A stretch of DNA of 64,000 bases from an uncultured delta proteobacterium (GCA_963775425.1 CAVZJB010000011.1:352001-416000), one strand, 5' to 3'; shown: positions 38,134 through 51,011, numbered from the stretch's first letter. Notes: generated by a model from the sequence alone, not told the origin. Program-made: numbers and translations.

Positions 38134-39457
38134 CTGTCCCTCCTGTGGTGGCGACGGCGTCGCGCGCCGGCGCACTCGATGTCATCGGGCGCACCCAGCC
38201 GACGGCCCTCCTTTCGCCGACGCGCAGCCGCGGCGGCGACGGCGAGACGAACGCCGCACCGCCGGCGGACGGCTCGAACGCGTAGCCGGAGACGCCGTCG
38301 CCGACGAGCGCGCCGTCCCCCGTCGCGCCGCCCCCCGTCGCGCCGTCGCCCGTCGCGCCGTCCCCCGTCGCGCCGAGCTCCACGCGCGGCGGCGCGGTGA
38401 CGTCGACGTTGCCCGTGTTCCTCACGAAGACGTCGACGCCGTCGCGCTCGACGGCCACCGCGGGGTGCACCTCGCCGGCGCGGACGGCTTGAAGCGTCTG
38501 GAAGCTCCACGCGCGCACGTCGCCGCCGACGGGCAAGCGGAACCACACCACGCCAGCCAGCGGCGCCGGCGGGTCCTCCTTGAGCGAGGACAGGAGCGCC
38601 GCGACGTCGGCGGGTTCCGCCCACGCCGCGCGCACCCGCGCCGGCAGCGTCCGCGGCGCTTCGCTCTCCACCGCGACGACGCGGCCGGCGTCGTCGAGGC
38701 CGAGCGCGGAGCCGTACGCGGGCAGCGCCACGAAGAGCCGGCGCTTCCCCGAGGCGAGCGCGCTGTGCCTGGCGAAGGCGTCGATGGCCGCGCGCGCCCG
38801 CCGCGCGGAGAAGAGCCCGTCGGTGGGCGCGTCGACGGAGTGGACCTGGAGCACGACGGCGTCGGCGGCGCCGATCAAGCGGTCGAGCGCGGGCGACGGC
38901 GCCCACGAGGGCAGCGCCGTGATCGACACCGGCAGCGGCGCCACCGCCGCCTTCACCGCGGCGACGACGCCGGCGTAGGCGCGCAGCCGCGCGGCGGCGC
39001 AGTCATGGTCGAGCTCGACGCCGCGCACGTCCGCCCCGGCGCGGCGAAAGCGCGCCACCGCGTCCTTTGCCTCGGCCACGACGACGCGGGCGTCGGCGAC
39101 GCGCGACCCGTCGACCCGCACCACGGGGATCACCGGCTTGCCCTTCAGCACCGAGAGCGCCGCCGCCGGCGACGGCAGCCGCACCGCCGCCTGCGGGACG
39201 GCGGCGTCGGGCGGGATCTCCGACGCGAGCACCCGCAGGCCGTCGAACGCGCGCCCGCGCTCGCGCACGGCCGCGACGACGCGCGGGGTCCAGGCCCGCT
39301 GCCACACGTAGGCGTCCTCGCTCAGCCGCGCCGGGGCCTCCTCGCTGCTGCAGGCCGCGACGACGACGACGGCGATGACGACGGCGGCGAAGGCGACGCC
39401 GGCGCGGACGCGCGTGGGCGGGGAAGAGCAAGACGCACAGGAGCGAAAGCGCACCAA
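38123..39457 (-). CDS. DUF3142-domain lipoprotein (GH18-like barrel)
   Basis: AYVWQRAW, GVELDHDCAAARL, SITALPSW, VLQVHSV, VALPAYG, GVVWFRLP..GD.RAW. Confidence 0.8.
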   Translation of the reverse strand: MVRFRSCASCSSPPTRVRAGVAFAAVVIAVVVVAACSSEEAPARLSEDAYVWQRAWTPRVVAAVRERGRAFDGLRVLASEIPPDAAVPQAAVRLPSPAAALSVLKGKPVIPVVRVDGSRVADARVVVAEAKDAVARFRRAGADVRGVELDHDCAAARLRAYAGVVAAVKAAVAPLPVSITALPSWAPSPALDRLIGAADAVVLQVHSVDAPTDGLFSARRARAAIDAFARHSALASGKRRLFVALPAYGSALGLDDAGRVVAVESEAPRTLPARVRAAWAEPADVAALLSSLKEDPPAPLAGVVWFRLPVGGDVRAWSFQTLQAVRAGEVHPAVAVERDGVDVFVRNTGNVDVTAPPRVELGATGDGATGDGATGGGATGDGALVGDGVSGYAFEPSAGGAAFVSPSPPRLRVGERRAVGWVRPMTSSAPARDAVATTGGTDAR

Positions 39458-39586
39458 AGCGGAAGGAGGGCTCGACGCCCGATATTCCGGATCGCCCCCG
39501 CTTTCCTCGCTTCCATCGCGGGCCGCCGTTGTCGTCGACGTTGGCTCGGCGAGGCCCGAGGGCGCGCCGGCGTGTTAGCTTCGCGC

Positions 39587-40212
39587 ATGGCCCTGCCGGT
39601 TCTCGTGCTCGCGCTGCAGGCGCTCGTCGGCGCCGGACCCGCCACCGTGGACGAGCGCATCGATCGCGCCCAGGCTGCCCTCGCGGCCCTCGAATACAAC
39701 GAGGCGGCGGACGACCTCCTCCTCGTGCTCGCGGATCCCGCGGCCACCGACGCACAGAAGCTCCGCGCGAACATGATCGCGGGCATCGCCAACCGCGTCA
39801 TCGGCCGTGACGTCGATGCCCGCATCAACTTCCGCTCCGTGCTGGAGCACGACCGCGACGCCAGGCTGCCCGACGGCACCGCGCCCAAGGTGGCCGCGTT
39901 CTTCGAGATGGTGCGCCAGGAGCTCGAGGCCGACCGCGCAGCCGTACCGGCCGCACCCCCGACGCCGTCGGCGCCGCCGGCGGCCGACAAAGCCGCGGCG
40001 ATCCCGTTCGCGGGGCTGACCGCCGGCGCGGGCGTCGTCGCCGTCGCCGCCGGCGTGTCGGGGGTCGTCGCGGCGGAGCTCACCGCCGCCGACCCCACGG
40101 CGCTCGGCGCCGATCGCGAGGCCGCCATCGAGGGCGGCCGGGTCTTCGTCGCCCTCACCGCCGTCGGCGTCGCTGCCGCCGCGGTGGGCGGTGTGTGGTG
40201 GGCGCTGTCCCC

Positions 40213-40216
<4 letters not shown>
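39587..40216 (+). CDS. TPR-like exported protein with C-terminal hydrophobic hairpin
   Basis: Signal-like N-terminus, helical body, P...APKVAAFFEMVR, two hydrophobic helices. Confidence 0.75.
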
Positions 40217-41718
<1,502 letters not shown>

Positions 41719-41725
41719 GCCTCGA

Positions 41726-42832
41726 TCAGCGGGGGAGGCGAAGCATCAAGCGGGCGGTGCCGAGCTGAAGCACGGCGTGACCCTGGGGGACGAGGCGCTC
41801 CCCGAGCTCCACGATCTGCACCGGCTCCTTCGCCACATGGAACGAGAGCGTGGTCTTGCTCCCGCTCGCGTCGCCGCCGACCTGGTAGGGCATCGGGCGA
41901 TCGCTCTCGATCACGACGTCCTTCACCAGGAAGTCGTGCAGATGCGGGTGCCGGAAGGAGCCCTTCCACACGCGCGGCCAGAGGTTCGCGAGGATCACGG
42001 GGATCGGGATGGAGCCGACCCGGAGCTGGACATAGCCGGGCTTGCGGTCCGCGAAGGGGAACATCGTGAAGCCGTAGCCGAAGTAGGGGATGGCGCCGAC
42101 GGAGGCGATGGGCGCCTGGCCTTCGAACAGCACCTCGCCGGCGGGGATGACCTGCTCGACGTCACCCTCGGGCGTCGACACCATCTTCACCGCGGGGCTC
42201 TTCGACGTCACGCGGATGCGCGGGAGGTCCGCCTTGAGCTCGTTCGGCACCGTCTTGAAGAGCATGGCGCCGAGGTAGCCCCACACGCTCTCGACCAGCC
42301 GCCGGCCGAGCGGCGACCTGGCGAGCCGCTTCTTGAGCCACATGTAGTCGTTGAGCACGGCGCCGTCGTACCCCATGCCCGCGAACGGGGTGAGCACGCC
42401 GTCCTCGGTCTCGAGGAGCTGCACCGCCCTGTCGGCCATGGGGCCCTTGTTGACGATGTGGTTGGCGTCGATCACCGCGCCCTGGGCGCCGACGCAGCGG
42501 GCCATGGCGTTGCCGGTGCCGAGCTTGAGCACGCCCACCGCCGGCATCTCCAGCGACTCCTTCGAGCACACCGCGCGCAGCATCTCGAGCGAGGTCACGA
42601 GCGTGCCGTCGCCGCCGCCGAGGAAGACGCGGCCGTAGCCGCGGCGCGCGATGGTGCGCGTGAAGACCTCGGCGTCTTCGAGAGTGCGGGAGAGGAAGAG
42701 GTCGCCCGCGGGGACGATCTCGGCGAGCGCCTCGATGAGCCTGTCGTTCACCGCGCGCGCATTGGCGTTCAAGAGAAACGCCGAGCGGCGGGCGAAGGGG
42801 CGGTCCAGGGCGGCGGAGACGGGGAAACCCAT
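41726..42832 (-). CDS. Diacylglycerol/lipid kinase family protein
   Basis: LLNANA, GGGDGT, LKLGTGNA, GMGYDG, YQVGGD. Confidence 0.9.
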   Translation of the reverse strand: MGFPVSAALDRPFARRSAFLLNANARAVNDRLIEALAEIVPAGDLFLSRTLEDAEVFTRTIARRGYGRVFLGGGDGTLVTSLEMLRAVCSKESLEMPAVGVLKLGTGNAMARCVGAQGAVIDANHIVNKGPMADRAVQLLETEDGVLTPFAGMGYDGAVLNDYMWLKKRLARSPLGRRLVESVWGYLGAMLFKTVPNELKADLPRIRVTSKSPAVKMVSTPEGDVEQVIPAGEVLFEGQAPIASVGAIPYFGYGFTMFPFADRKPGYVQLRVGSIPIPVILANLWPRVWKGSFRHPHLHDFLVKDVVIESDRPMPYQVGGDASGSKTTLSFHVAKEPVQIVELGERLVPQGHAVLQLGTARLMLRLPR

Positions 42833-43100
42833 ATGGCCGGAAGTACAGCAAGATGGGGGCCCACGCGCTTGCCTGGCCCCCGGTTTCCCCTGAAACACCT
42901 TTTATATCAGGATGTTATCTGGTGCGACCTCACCCGACACGAGCGGGCGGCGGAGGGCTCCGGTTGGCACCCGCGGGTACCAACCATGCGCACGCCGTTA
43001 CGCAGTGCGTCCTCGCGCCCCCGCGGCGGGCGCTCCTCGGTTGACACATCGCGCATGGCGAGGTCCGGTGGCGTTCCGTTTTTCGAAGGATCCGAAGGAC

Positions 43101-43352
43101 ATGGTCACCATCCGCCTCGCCCGCGCCGGCGCCAAGAAGAAGCCGTTTTACAAGGTCGTCGTCGCCGATCAGCGCTTCCCCCGGGACGGCCGCTTCATCG
43201 AGCAGGTCGGCACCTATGATCCCCGCGAGAGCGAGCACGGCGTGAAGCTGCAGCTCGACCGCATCGAGCACTGGGTCGGCAAGGGCGCGCGCCCGTCGGA
43301 CACGGTGCGCGACATCGTCGCCGTCGCCAAGTCCGCGCTGCCGAAGGCCTGA
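43101..43352 (+). CDS. rpsP: 30S ribosomal protein S16
   Basis: [41 protein letters not shown]...GARPSDTV. Confidence 0.98.
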   Translation: MVTIRLARAGAKKKPFYKVVVADQRFPRDGRFIEQVGTYDPRESEHGVKLQLDRIEHWVGKGARPSDTVRDIVAVAKSALPKA

Positions 43353-43705
43353 TGAAGGGCCTCGTCGAGGTTCTGGCCAAGGCGCTGGTGGACAACCCCG
43401 CGCCCGTGGAGGTCTTCGAGGCGGGCACGCCCGAGGACGCCGTCTATCGTTTGAAGGTCGCCCGCGATGACCTCGGCAAGGTGATCGGCAAGAAGGGCCG
43501 CACCGCCAAGGCGTTCCGCACGCTGCTCGCCGCGGCGGGCGCCAAGCAGAACGTCCGCGTCACGCTCGAGATCCTCGAGCCGGAGGGCGCGCAGCCGCTC
43601 GCCGCGACGGCGGCGCCCGGCGAAGCCAACCCCGACGCGCCCGCCGAGGACCCCGGCGGCGACGACGGTGGTGAGCCCGGCGGCGCCCGGCGCGACGACG
43701 AGTAG
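43352..43705 (+). CDS. khpA: KH-domain RNA-binding protein KhpA
   Basis: LVDNP...DLGKVIGKKGRTAKAFRTLL; conserved position after rpsP. Confidence 0.93.
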   Translation: MKGLVEVLAKALVDNPAPVEVFEAGTPEDAVYRLKVARDDLGKVIGKKGRTAKAFRTLLAAAGAKQNVRVTLEILEPEGAQPLAATAAPGEANPDAPAEDPGGDDGGEPGGARRDDE

Positions 43706-43711
43706 AGATCC

Positions 43712-44254
43712 ATGGCGGCGCGCATCGTCCCCACCGCCGGCGTCACGCCCGACGGCTGGGTGTCGCTGGGCGTGGTCGCCCGTGCGCACGGAATCCGTGG
43801 CGCGTTGAAGTTGCACCTGTGGCACGAGCAGAGCGCGGTCCTGCGCGGCGGACTCGAGGTGCGCATCGGCGACGTCGTCAGGCGCGTCGCCACCTACGCG
43901 GCGGGCATCCTGGCCGTCGACGGCGTGCCGGATCGCACGTCCGCGGAGGCGCTCCAGGGACAGGAGGTCTTCGTGCTGCGCGCCGACTTCCCCCTCGACG
44001 AGGGCAGCGTCTACCTCGTCGACCTCGTCGGCGCCGAGGTCGTCGACACGCAGGGCAAGAAGCTCGGCACCGTCGCCGGCTTCTCCGACAACGGCGCGCA
44101 GCCGCTCCTCCTCGTCCACGGCCACGGCAAGGAGGTCATGGTGCCGTTCGTCGACGCCATCGTGGAGTCGGCGGACAAGGAGCGCGTGGTGTTGAAGCCG
44201 CCGGCGGGCATGTTCGAAGACGCCGACAATCTCGACGACGAGACGCGCGCGTGA
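43712..44254 (+). CDS. rimM: Ribosome maturation factor RimM
   Basis: GVVARAHGIRG, DRTSAEAL, YLVDLVG, MVPFV; synteny. Confidence 0.93.
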   Translation: MAARIVPTAGVTPDGWVSLGVVARAHGIRGALKLHLWHEQSAVLRGGLEVRIGDVVRRVATYAAGILAVDGVPDRTSAEALQGQEVFVLRADFPLDEGSVYLVDLVGAEVVDTQGKKLGTVAGFSDNGAQPLLLVHGHGKEVMVPFVDAIVESADKERVVLKPPAGMFEDADNLDDETRA

Positions 44255-45015
44255 CACTCAAGATCACCGTCCTCACGCTCTTTCCCGAGAGCCTGAGCTC
44301 CATCCTCGAGGCGAGCATCCTCGGCCGCGCGCGCAAGGACGGCCACGTCGTCGTCGACACCGTCGACATGCGCGACTTCTCGACCAACAAGCACCGCACC
44401 GTCGACGACACCCCCTCCGGCGGCGGCGCCGGCATGATCCTGCGCGTCGACGTCGTGAAGGGCGCGCTCGATCACGTGACCGCCGCCCAGGGTGCGCGCC
44501 GCCGCACCGTCCTCGTCGACGCGCGCGGCGCCCCCTTCGACCAACGCGCCGCTCGCCGCTACGCCGCGCTCGACGAGCTGGTCATCGTGTGCGGGCGCTA
44601 CGAGGGCGTCGACGCGCGCGCCGAGGCGTACGTGGACGAGGTCGTCTCCGCCGGCGACTTCGTGCTCACGGGCGGCGAGCTCGCGGCGCTCCTGATCATC
44701 GACGCCGCCGCGCGCCTGTTGCCCGGCGTCCTCGGGAACGAGGCGTCGAGCGCGCACGAGAGCCACGGCGAGGAGGGGCTCCTCGAGCACCGGCAGTACA
44801 CGCGCCCCGTGACCTTCGACGGCCGCTCCATCCCGCCCGTGCTCATGTCGGGCAACCACAAGCTCATCGACGCGGCCCGCAGGAAGGACGCCCTCCTCGT
44901 CACGCGCCGCCGCCGGCCCGAGCTGCTCGTGCGCGCGCGGCTCACCGCCGGCGACGACGCGCTCCTCGGCGACGATGACGTCGAGGGGCTCGCGCCGGGG
45001 GAGGCGTCGGCGTGA
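44251..45015 (+). CDS. trmD: tRNA (guanine-N1)-methyltransferase TrmD
   Basis: VLTLFPE, VDDTPSGGGAGM, CGRYEGVD, GDFVLTGGE, SGNH. Confidence 0.97.
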   Translation: MTLKITVLTLFPESLSSILEASILGRARKDGHVVVDTVDMRDFSTNKHRTVDDTPSGGGAGMILRVDVVKGALDHVTAAQGARRRTVLVDARGAPFDQRAARRYAALDELVIVCGRYEGVDARAEAYVDEVVSAGDFVLTGGELAALLIIDAAARLLPGVLGNEASSAHESHGEEGLLEHRQYTRPVTFDGRSIPPVLMSGNHKLIDAARRKDALLVTRRRRPELLVRARLTAGDDALLGDDDVEGLAPGEASA

Positions 45016-45593
45016 CCGGGCGCGTCGCGGTTGCCCTGGTGCATCACCCGTGTCTCGACAAGCACGGCGAGATCTACACCACGTCCATCACCAACCTCGA
45101 CGTGCACGACATCGCGCGCGGCGCCACCACCTACGGCGTCGACGCGTTCTACGTCGTCACCCCCGTGAGCGCCCAGCAGAAGATGGCGCGGGCCATCGCC
45201 GCGTATTGGGAAGAGGGAGCGGGCCGGAAGCGAAACCCGGATCGCACCACCGCCATGCGCATCGTGCACGTGGTGGCGTCGGTGGAGGACGCGCGCGCCG
45301 CGGAGACCGCCGCGCTCGACGGCGCCGCGCCCCTCGTGGTGGCGACGTCGGCGAAGGAGCAGGGCGCGACTCCTTGCGCGTCGTTGCGCGCGCGCCTCGA
45401 AGCGGAAGACGGGAGCGCGCCCGCGGGGGCGCTCTTTCTGTTCGGGACCGGCCACGGCCTCGCGCACTCCCTCGTCGACGGCGCGGACGTCGTGCTCGAG
45501 CCCTTGCGGGGGCGCCCCGAGAAAAACGGCGGCTACAACCACCTGAGCGTGCGCTCGGCGGTGGCCATCTTCCTCGACCGCCTCCTCGGCTGA
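45012..45593 (+). CDS. SPOUT-class RNA methyltransferase, TrmD-associated
   Basis: VALVHHP...TTSITNLDVHDIAR..TYG, LFGTGHGL, YNHLSVRSAVAIFLDRL. Confidence 0.9.
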   Translation: MTGRVAVALVHHPCLDKHGEIYTTSITNLDVHDIARGATTYGVDAFYVVTPVSAQQKMARAIAAYWEEGAGRKRNPDRTTAMRIVHVVASVEDARAAETAALDGAAPLVVATSAKEQGATPCASLRARLEAEDGSAPAGALFLFGTGHGLAHSLVDGADVVLEPLRGRPEKNGGYNHLSVRSAVAIFLDRLLG

Positions 45594-45669
45594 GGCTGAC
45601 GAAAAACAAGGCTCGTAGCAGCACTCGGCGAAGCCGCCCACAAGGTGGCTCGCCGCGCGGAGTACGTGG

Positions 45670-45796
45670 CGAGGCACGTCGGCGCGCAAGAACCGCTGCA
45701 GGTTGTGAGGAAACGGCGGGTCCGAGCGGTGTTGTGATCCCGCTATCAGCGCACGTGGCGGGTTCGTGCGGGTCGTGTGCGCGCCGAGGTGCCTCG
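45670..45796. other. Long inverted repeat / possible structured RNA
   Basis: 45670-45688 pairs with 45778-45796 (18/19 bp); internal hairpin cccgctat/gtggcggg. Confidence 0.55.
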
Positions 45797-45838
45797 ATGC
45801 GACGTCGGCTGCCGAAGGCTGGACAACGTCGCCACCGC

Positions 45839-45927
45839 CGGAGCGGAAAGGAGCGGAGAGCTCGGCGCCCCGGCGCTCAACTCGGCGCGCGTCTTCGTCG
45901 CCGAGCTCGCAGCTCCTTTCCGCTCCG
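45839..45927. terminator. Large hairpin between convergent genes (terminator or REP-like)
   Basis: 45839-45867 pairs with 45899-45927 (27/29 bp), 31-nt loop; no U-tract, so function uncertain. Confidence 0.5.
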
Positions 45928-45976
45928 CCATCGGGCCAGCCCTCGTCGCCACTCGCGGCGCGAGCCGGCGCGGATC

Positions 45977-47371
<1,395 letters not shown>

Positions 47372-47499
47372 GCGACGAGCTTAGCACCGTGCGAGACCTG
47401 GCCGCTCGTCGGCGTCCGCGGTGTCCGCGGTGTCGGTGCGGCCGGTCGTGAACGGCGGGGCACAGCGAGCTGCGACGAGCCAATGGACCTCGTCCGCTC

Positions 47500-48522
47500 T
47501 CAGCGGATGCGCGTCCAAGCCGACAGCGATCCCGTGGGGCCGTCGACGCCGACGTCGTAGTCCGCGCGGCGGTTCTTCTGCTCGTCGGTCTCGTCGGGCG
47601 TGTCCACCTTCAAGAGATCCTCGCCGAAGCCGCGCGCGTAGATGGCGACCTTCACGCCCTTGTTGGCGAACCAACGCGCGATGGCCTCCGCGCGCCGCTC
47701 GGAAAGCGCGTGGTTCGACGACGACGAGCCCACGGTGTCGGTGAAGCCGGAGACGAACAGCTTGATGGAAGCGCCCGTCACCTTCACCGCCGTGGAGTAG
47801 CGCTTGATGGCGGTCTCGAGCTCCGGCAAGGCCTTGTTGAGCTTGGGCTCCTCGCTCGCGCGAACGTCGGCCTTGCCGGTCTCGAACTCCACCTCCTCGT
47901 GCGGGATGGAGATGTTGTAGGGGAACGAGTCCGACGACTGCGTCGCCGTGCTCGTGTCGGTGATGACCGTGTGGATGCGCAGCACCGGTCCGTCGGCGAG
48001 AGGCGTCCACGACACCGTCAGCGGCGTCCCCGCCTTGGCGCCGCCGAAGTCCTGCGAGGTGGTGGCGATCTCTTTTCCGTCGTCGCCGTACACCGCGACG
48101 TCGATCTTCTGCGTGTCGTGCTCGCTGGTGAAGGTGATGGAGCGCTCTTCGAGCTTCACCTCCTTCACGGCGAAGCGGAAGCCGGAGAGCACCTCGGTGG
48201 CGAACGCGAGCGGCATGGAGCCCGATGTGCCGTCATCGAAGACCACCGACAGAGAGCCCTTCCACGAGGCTTTGCCCGCCCTCTTCTGCGGAAGCGTGAA
48301 CACCAGCTCGCCGCCGCGCTCCTTGGGCCCGAGCCGCTGGTGCGCGCGCCCGGCGACGCTCCGCACGTCGAGCGTGCACGACCTCAAGTCCTTCTTCACC
48401 TTCACCGTCACCGTCGGCTGCTTGCCCACGGGGACGCTCGGGCTCAGCTCGAGCTCGACGTCGTTCGCCCGCGCACCGAGAGCGACACCGAAGACGAGCG
48501 CGGCTACACACACGTTGCGCAT
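47500..48522 (-). CDS. OmpA-family (peptidoglycan-binding C-terminal domain) protein
   Basis: Signal peptide; VEFETGKADV, VSGFTDTVG, NHALSERRA, RGFGE, NRRA. Confidence 0.9.
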   Translation of the reverse strand: MRNVCVAALVFGVALGARANDVELELSPSVPVGKQPTVTVKVKKDLRSCTLDVRSVAGRAHQRLGPKERGGELVFTLPQKRAGKASWKGSLSVVFDDGTSGSMPLAFATEVLSGFRFAVKEVKLEERSITFTSEHDTQKIDVAVYGDDGKEIATTSQDFGGAKAGTPLTVSWTPLADGPVLRIHTVITDTSTATQSSDSFPYNISIPHEEVEFETGKADVRASEEPKLNKALPELETAIKRYSTAVKVTGASIKLFVSGFTDTVGSSSSNHALSERRAEAIARWFANKGVKVAIYARGFGEDLLKVDTPDETDEQKNRRADYDVGVDGPTGSLSAWTRIR

Positions 48523-48569
48523 GGCGTCGTCATACCACGAAGGCTGCACGTCGACGACGGCGGCACGGG

Positions 48570-49901
48570 TCAGCGAATGGTCACGGCGATCTCGTAGGGG
48601 AGGGCGCCCGTGAAGCCGGAGCTGCCCTTGGCCACGGCGACGAAGAACCGTCGCGCCGCCGTGCCGTTGTTCCTCAGGGACGCGTCGCGCGGCGACGAGC
48701 CGGTGCCGTCGACGAACGCGCACGCGCCGTAGGCCGACGCGCGGCTCGCCACTTCGCCGCTCGCGTCGAGGATGGCGATGCGCGTGTTGAACGCGTCGCA
48801 GTCGGTGGCGTCGCTCGTGGGGATGACCTCGACGCGCGCGCCGCGGCCGGGGGCGACGTCGAGGCCGTACACGTCGACGTCGTCGACGCTGTCGATGGAT
48901 CCCGACATGAACACGTCGCGTCCGTCGGCGGCCGCGAGCTCGGCGGTGGCGGTGGTGCCGTTGGGCTCCACCTCGCGCCCGCGATCCTCGAGGACGGCGA
49001 GCTGCTCGTGGAAGCCGGGGATACGGTCGGTGCGATCGAACTGGGTGACGGCGACCCAATAGGTGCCTGCCGGCAGGCTCTCGGTCATCACCGCGCAGCT
49101 CCCGATCCCGTTGAACGCCGCCTCCCGCAGGAGCGCGGCGTCGGGGTTGTTCGCGTTCACGCTGTCGCTGAACAGGCCGAAGAGGCTCGCGGGCGCGCCG
49201 GTGATGCAGTCGTCGGCGCCGCCGGCGTCGAACATCTCGATGCGCACGACGGACGGCCGGGCGAGCGCCAGCCAATAGGCGTCGTCCTCGGACCAGTCGG
49301 GGCCTCCGGTGGGATCGCGGCGCAGGTCGATGCTGCCCTTGAGGCTGAATTGGGTGTCCGACAGGTGCAGCGCGTTCGGGTCGGGGAAGTCGTTGAGGTT
49401 GCGCTCGTTGACGGCGCGGTCGAGGTGGCAGGTGGAGGAGCAGCCGTCGCCGCTCACGCGGTTTCCGTCGTCGCAGGCCTCGAGCGGATCGACCGCGCCG
49501 TTGCCGCAGAGGGACGGCAGCACGGGATCCACCGCCGGCTCGCCCTCGCCCTCTCCCTCGCCTTCTCCTTCTCCCTCTCCCTCTCCCTCTCCCTCTCCTT
49601 CACCTTCACCTTCGCCCTCGCCGACGAGGAAGCCGGTGGTGTCGTCGCCTTCGCCCTCGCCTTCGCCTTCGCCGCTGTCGCGCGGGATCAGCTGCTCGCC
49701 CTCGCCCTCGCCGGCGCCTGCGTCGTTCGCGCCGGGACGCGCGGGGGAGGCGGGGCGGCAGATGCCGGCGCCGTCGTCGCACACCTCGCTGCCCGGGCAG
49801 GCCTCGCCGTGCTGGCACGGGGTGATGCCGAGGAACACCTCGCACCCGCCGCTGAGGGCGGCGGCGGCGGCGACAAGGAGGGCGAGGGAGCTCGGGCGCA
49901 T
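48570..49901 (-). CDS. Lipoprotein with Cys motif, (GE)n linker, myxobacterial Cys-rich repeat (DUF4215-like) and PPC-like domains
   Basis: LSGGC lipobox; CGNGAVDPLEACDDGNRVSGDGCSSTC; EVEPNGT...DDVDVY. Confidence 0.82.
   Translation of the reverse strand: MRPSSLALLVAAAAALSGGCEVFLGITPCQHGEACPGSEVCDDGAGICRPASPARPGANDAGAGEGEGEQLIPRDSGEGEGEGEGDDTTGFLVGEGEGEGEGEGEGEGEGEGEGEGEGEGEPAVDPVLPSLCGNGAVDPLEACDDGNRVSGDGCSSTCHLDRAVNERNLNDFPDPNALHLSDTQFSLKGSIDLRRDPTGGPDWSEDDAYWLALARPSVVRIEMFDAGGADDCITGAPASLFGLFSDSVNANNPDAALLREAAFNGIGSCAVMTESLPAGTYWVAVTQFDRTDRIPGFHEQLAVLEDRGREVEPNGTTATAELAAADGRDVFMSGSIDSVDDVDVYGLDVAPGRGARVEVIPTSDATDCDAFNTRIAILDASGEVASRASAYGACAFVDGTGSSPRDASLRNNGTAARRFFVAVAKGSSGFTGALPYEIAVTIR
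49539..49714. repeat. Three interrupted (Gly-Glu)n coding arrays
   Basis: ctctcc/ctcgcc/ttcacc hexamers. Confidence 0.88.
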
Positions 49902-50152
49902 CCCGATGATCTTCGGAGCCCTCGACCCGATCGTGCCTGAGCGTGTCGACCGACGCGAGCGCGCCCTACACCGTCCCCGCTGTCGTCGTCAGCGCGCCGC
50001 CGAGACGCAGGGGGGTGGCACGGCAGGGCGGGGGTCGGCGACGGACCAACGGAGATCGACCCCGTGTGCGGCAATGTGTGACCCCCCACGCACCGGCTGG
50101 CCGCGGGGAGGCCCGTGGTAGCGTGCGCGCGCATGCGCGAGGGAAGCGTTTG

Positions 50153-50635
50153 ATGTCGACGTGGTTCTTCGCCGTCGCGCTGGTCGTCGCCGTGGGAGGG
50201 GCGGCCGCGGTGGTGGCCTTCGAGAGCCCCACCCGCAGCGCCGCCGGCCTCATCACGCTGGTGGTCGGGGTGGCGGCGGCGGCGGGCGCCGCGGGCGCGC
50301 CGCTGGTGCCCGGCTTCGTCCTGTGGGTCGGCGGCGGCGGGATCGGGGTGCTCCTGCTCGGCGCGGTGCTGTTGTTGAACCTCGGCGAAGACGAGCGCGG
50401 GCGGCGGCGCTTCCGCCTGCGCGCGGGCCTCGCGCTGCCGCTGCTGGCCATCCTGTGGGCCGCGTTGGCGGCGCCGCTCGTGAGCGCGGTGCCGGACGCG
50501 GCGCCGGCGACGTTGACGTCGGGGCAGGTGGCGCAGGTCGTGTTGAACGACCTCGCGCTGCCGTTCACCGTGGGGCTCGTCGCGCTCGCAGTGGCGCTCG
50601 TCGTCGCCGTAGCCCTCGTCAGGCGGCGCACATGA
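50153..50635 (+). CDS. nuoJ: NADH-quinone oxidoreductase subunit J-like (divergent)
   Basis: SPTRSA, GGGIGVLLLGAVLLLNL, LPF; first of a J-K-L-M-N series. Confidence 0.7.
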   Translation: MSTWFFAVALVVAVGGAAAVVAFESPTRSAAGLITLVVGVAAAAGAAGAPLVPGFVLWVGGGGIGVLLLGAVLLLNLGEDERGRRRFRLRAGLALPLLAILWAALAAPLVSAVPDAAPATLTSGQVAQVVLNDLALPFTVGLVALAVALVVAVALVRRRT

Positions 50636-50949
50636 CGCCGCTCGAGCACATCCTCTTCACGGTCGGGGTCGGGGCGGGCGTCGCGCTCGTCGTCATCGGC
50701 TTCGGCGGGATCCTGCTGCGCCGCTCGGTGCTCGTCGTCGTGATGAGCGGCGCGGTGTCGATGCTCGGCGCGGCGCTGACGCTGGTGCTGCTCTCGGCGT
50801 CGCGCGGCGATGCCCGGGGCGTCGCCGTGTCGATGTTCATCGTCCTGCTCGCGGCGGTCTGGTCGCTGGCCGGCGCGGCGGTCGCGCTCGCCACGTATCG
50901 CCGCCGCGGCACCGAGAACCTCGACGAGCTCCGGGAGCTCCGAGGATGA
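50632..50949 (+). CDS. nuoK: NuoK-like (divergent)
   Basis: 105 aa, 3 TM helices, GILLRRS, YRRRGTENLDELRELRG. Confidence 0.8.
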   Translation: MTPLEHILFTVGVGAGVALVVIGFGGILLRRSVLVVVMSGAVSMLGAALTLVLLSASRGDARGVAVSMFIVLLAAVWSLAGAAVALATYRRRGTENLDELRELRG

Positions 50950-51011
50950 CGCGCGCTACGACGACGTGCCCGCGCGCGACGACGACGGCGCCGGCGACGA
51001 GGGCGACGTGA
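50946..51011 (+). CDS. 21-aa mini-ORF bridging nuoK and nuoL
   Basis: ATG overlaps nuoK TGA; its TGA overlaps nuoL GTG; MTRATTTCPRATTTAPATRAT. Confidence 0.35.
   Translation: MTRATTTCPRATTTAPATRAT

Noticed and set aside
43041-43070. Sigma-70 promoter for rpsP (TTGACA at 43041)
   Set aside because: No recognisable -10 hexamer at 16-18 bp spacing
45590-45612. Intact IS element starting at GAGGCTGACGAAAAAC
   Set aside because: No matching inverted end or transposase ORF seen in the window
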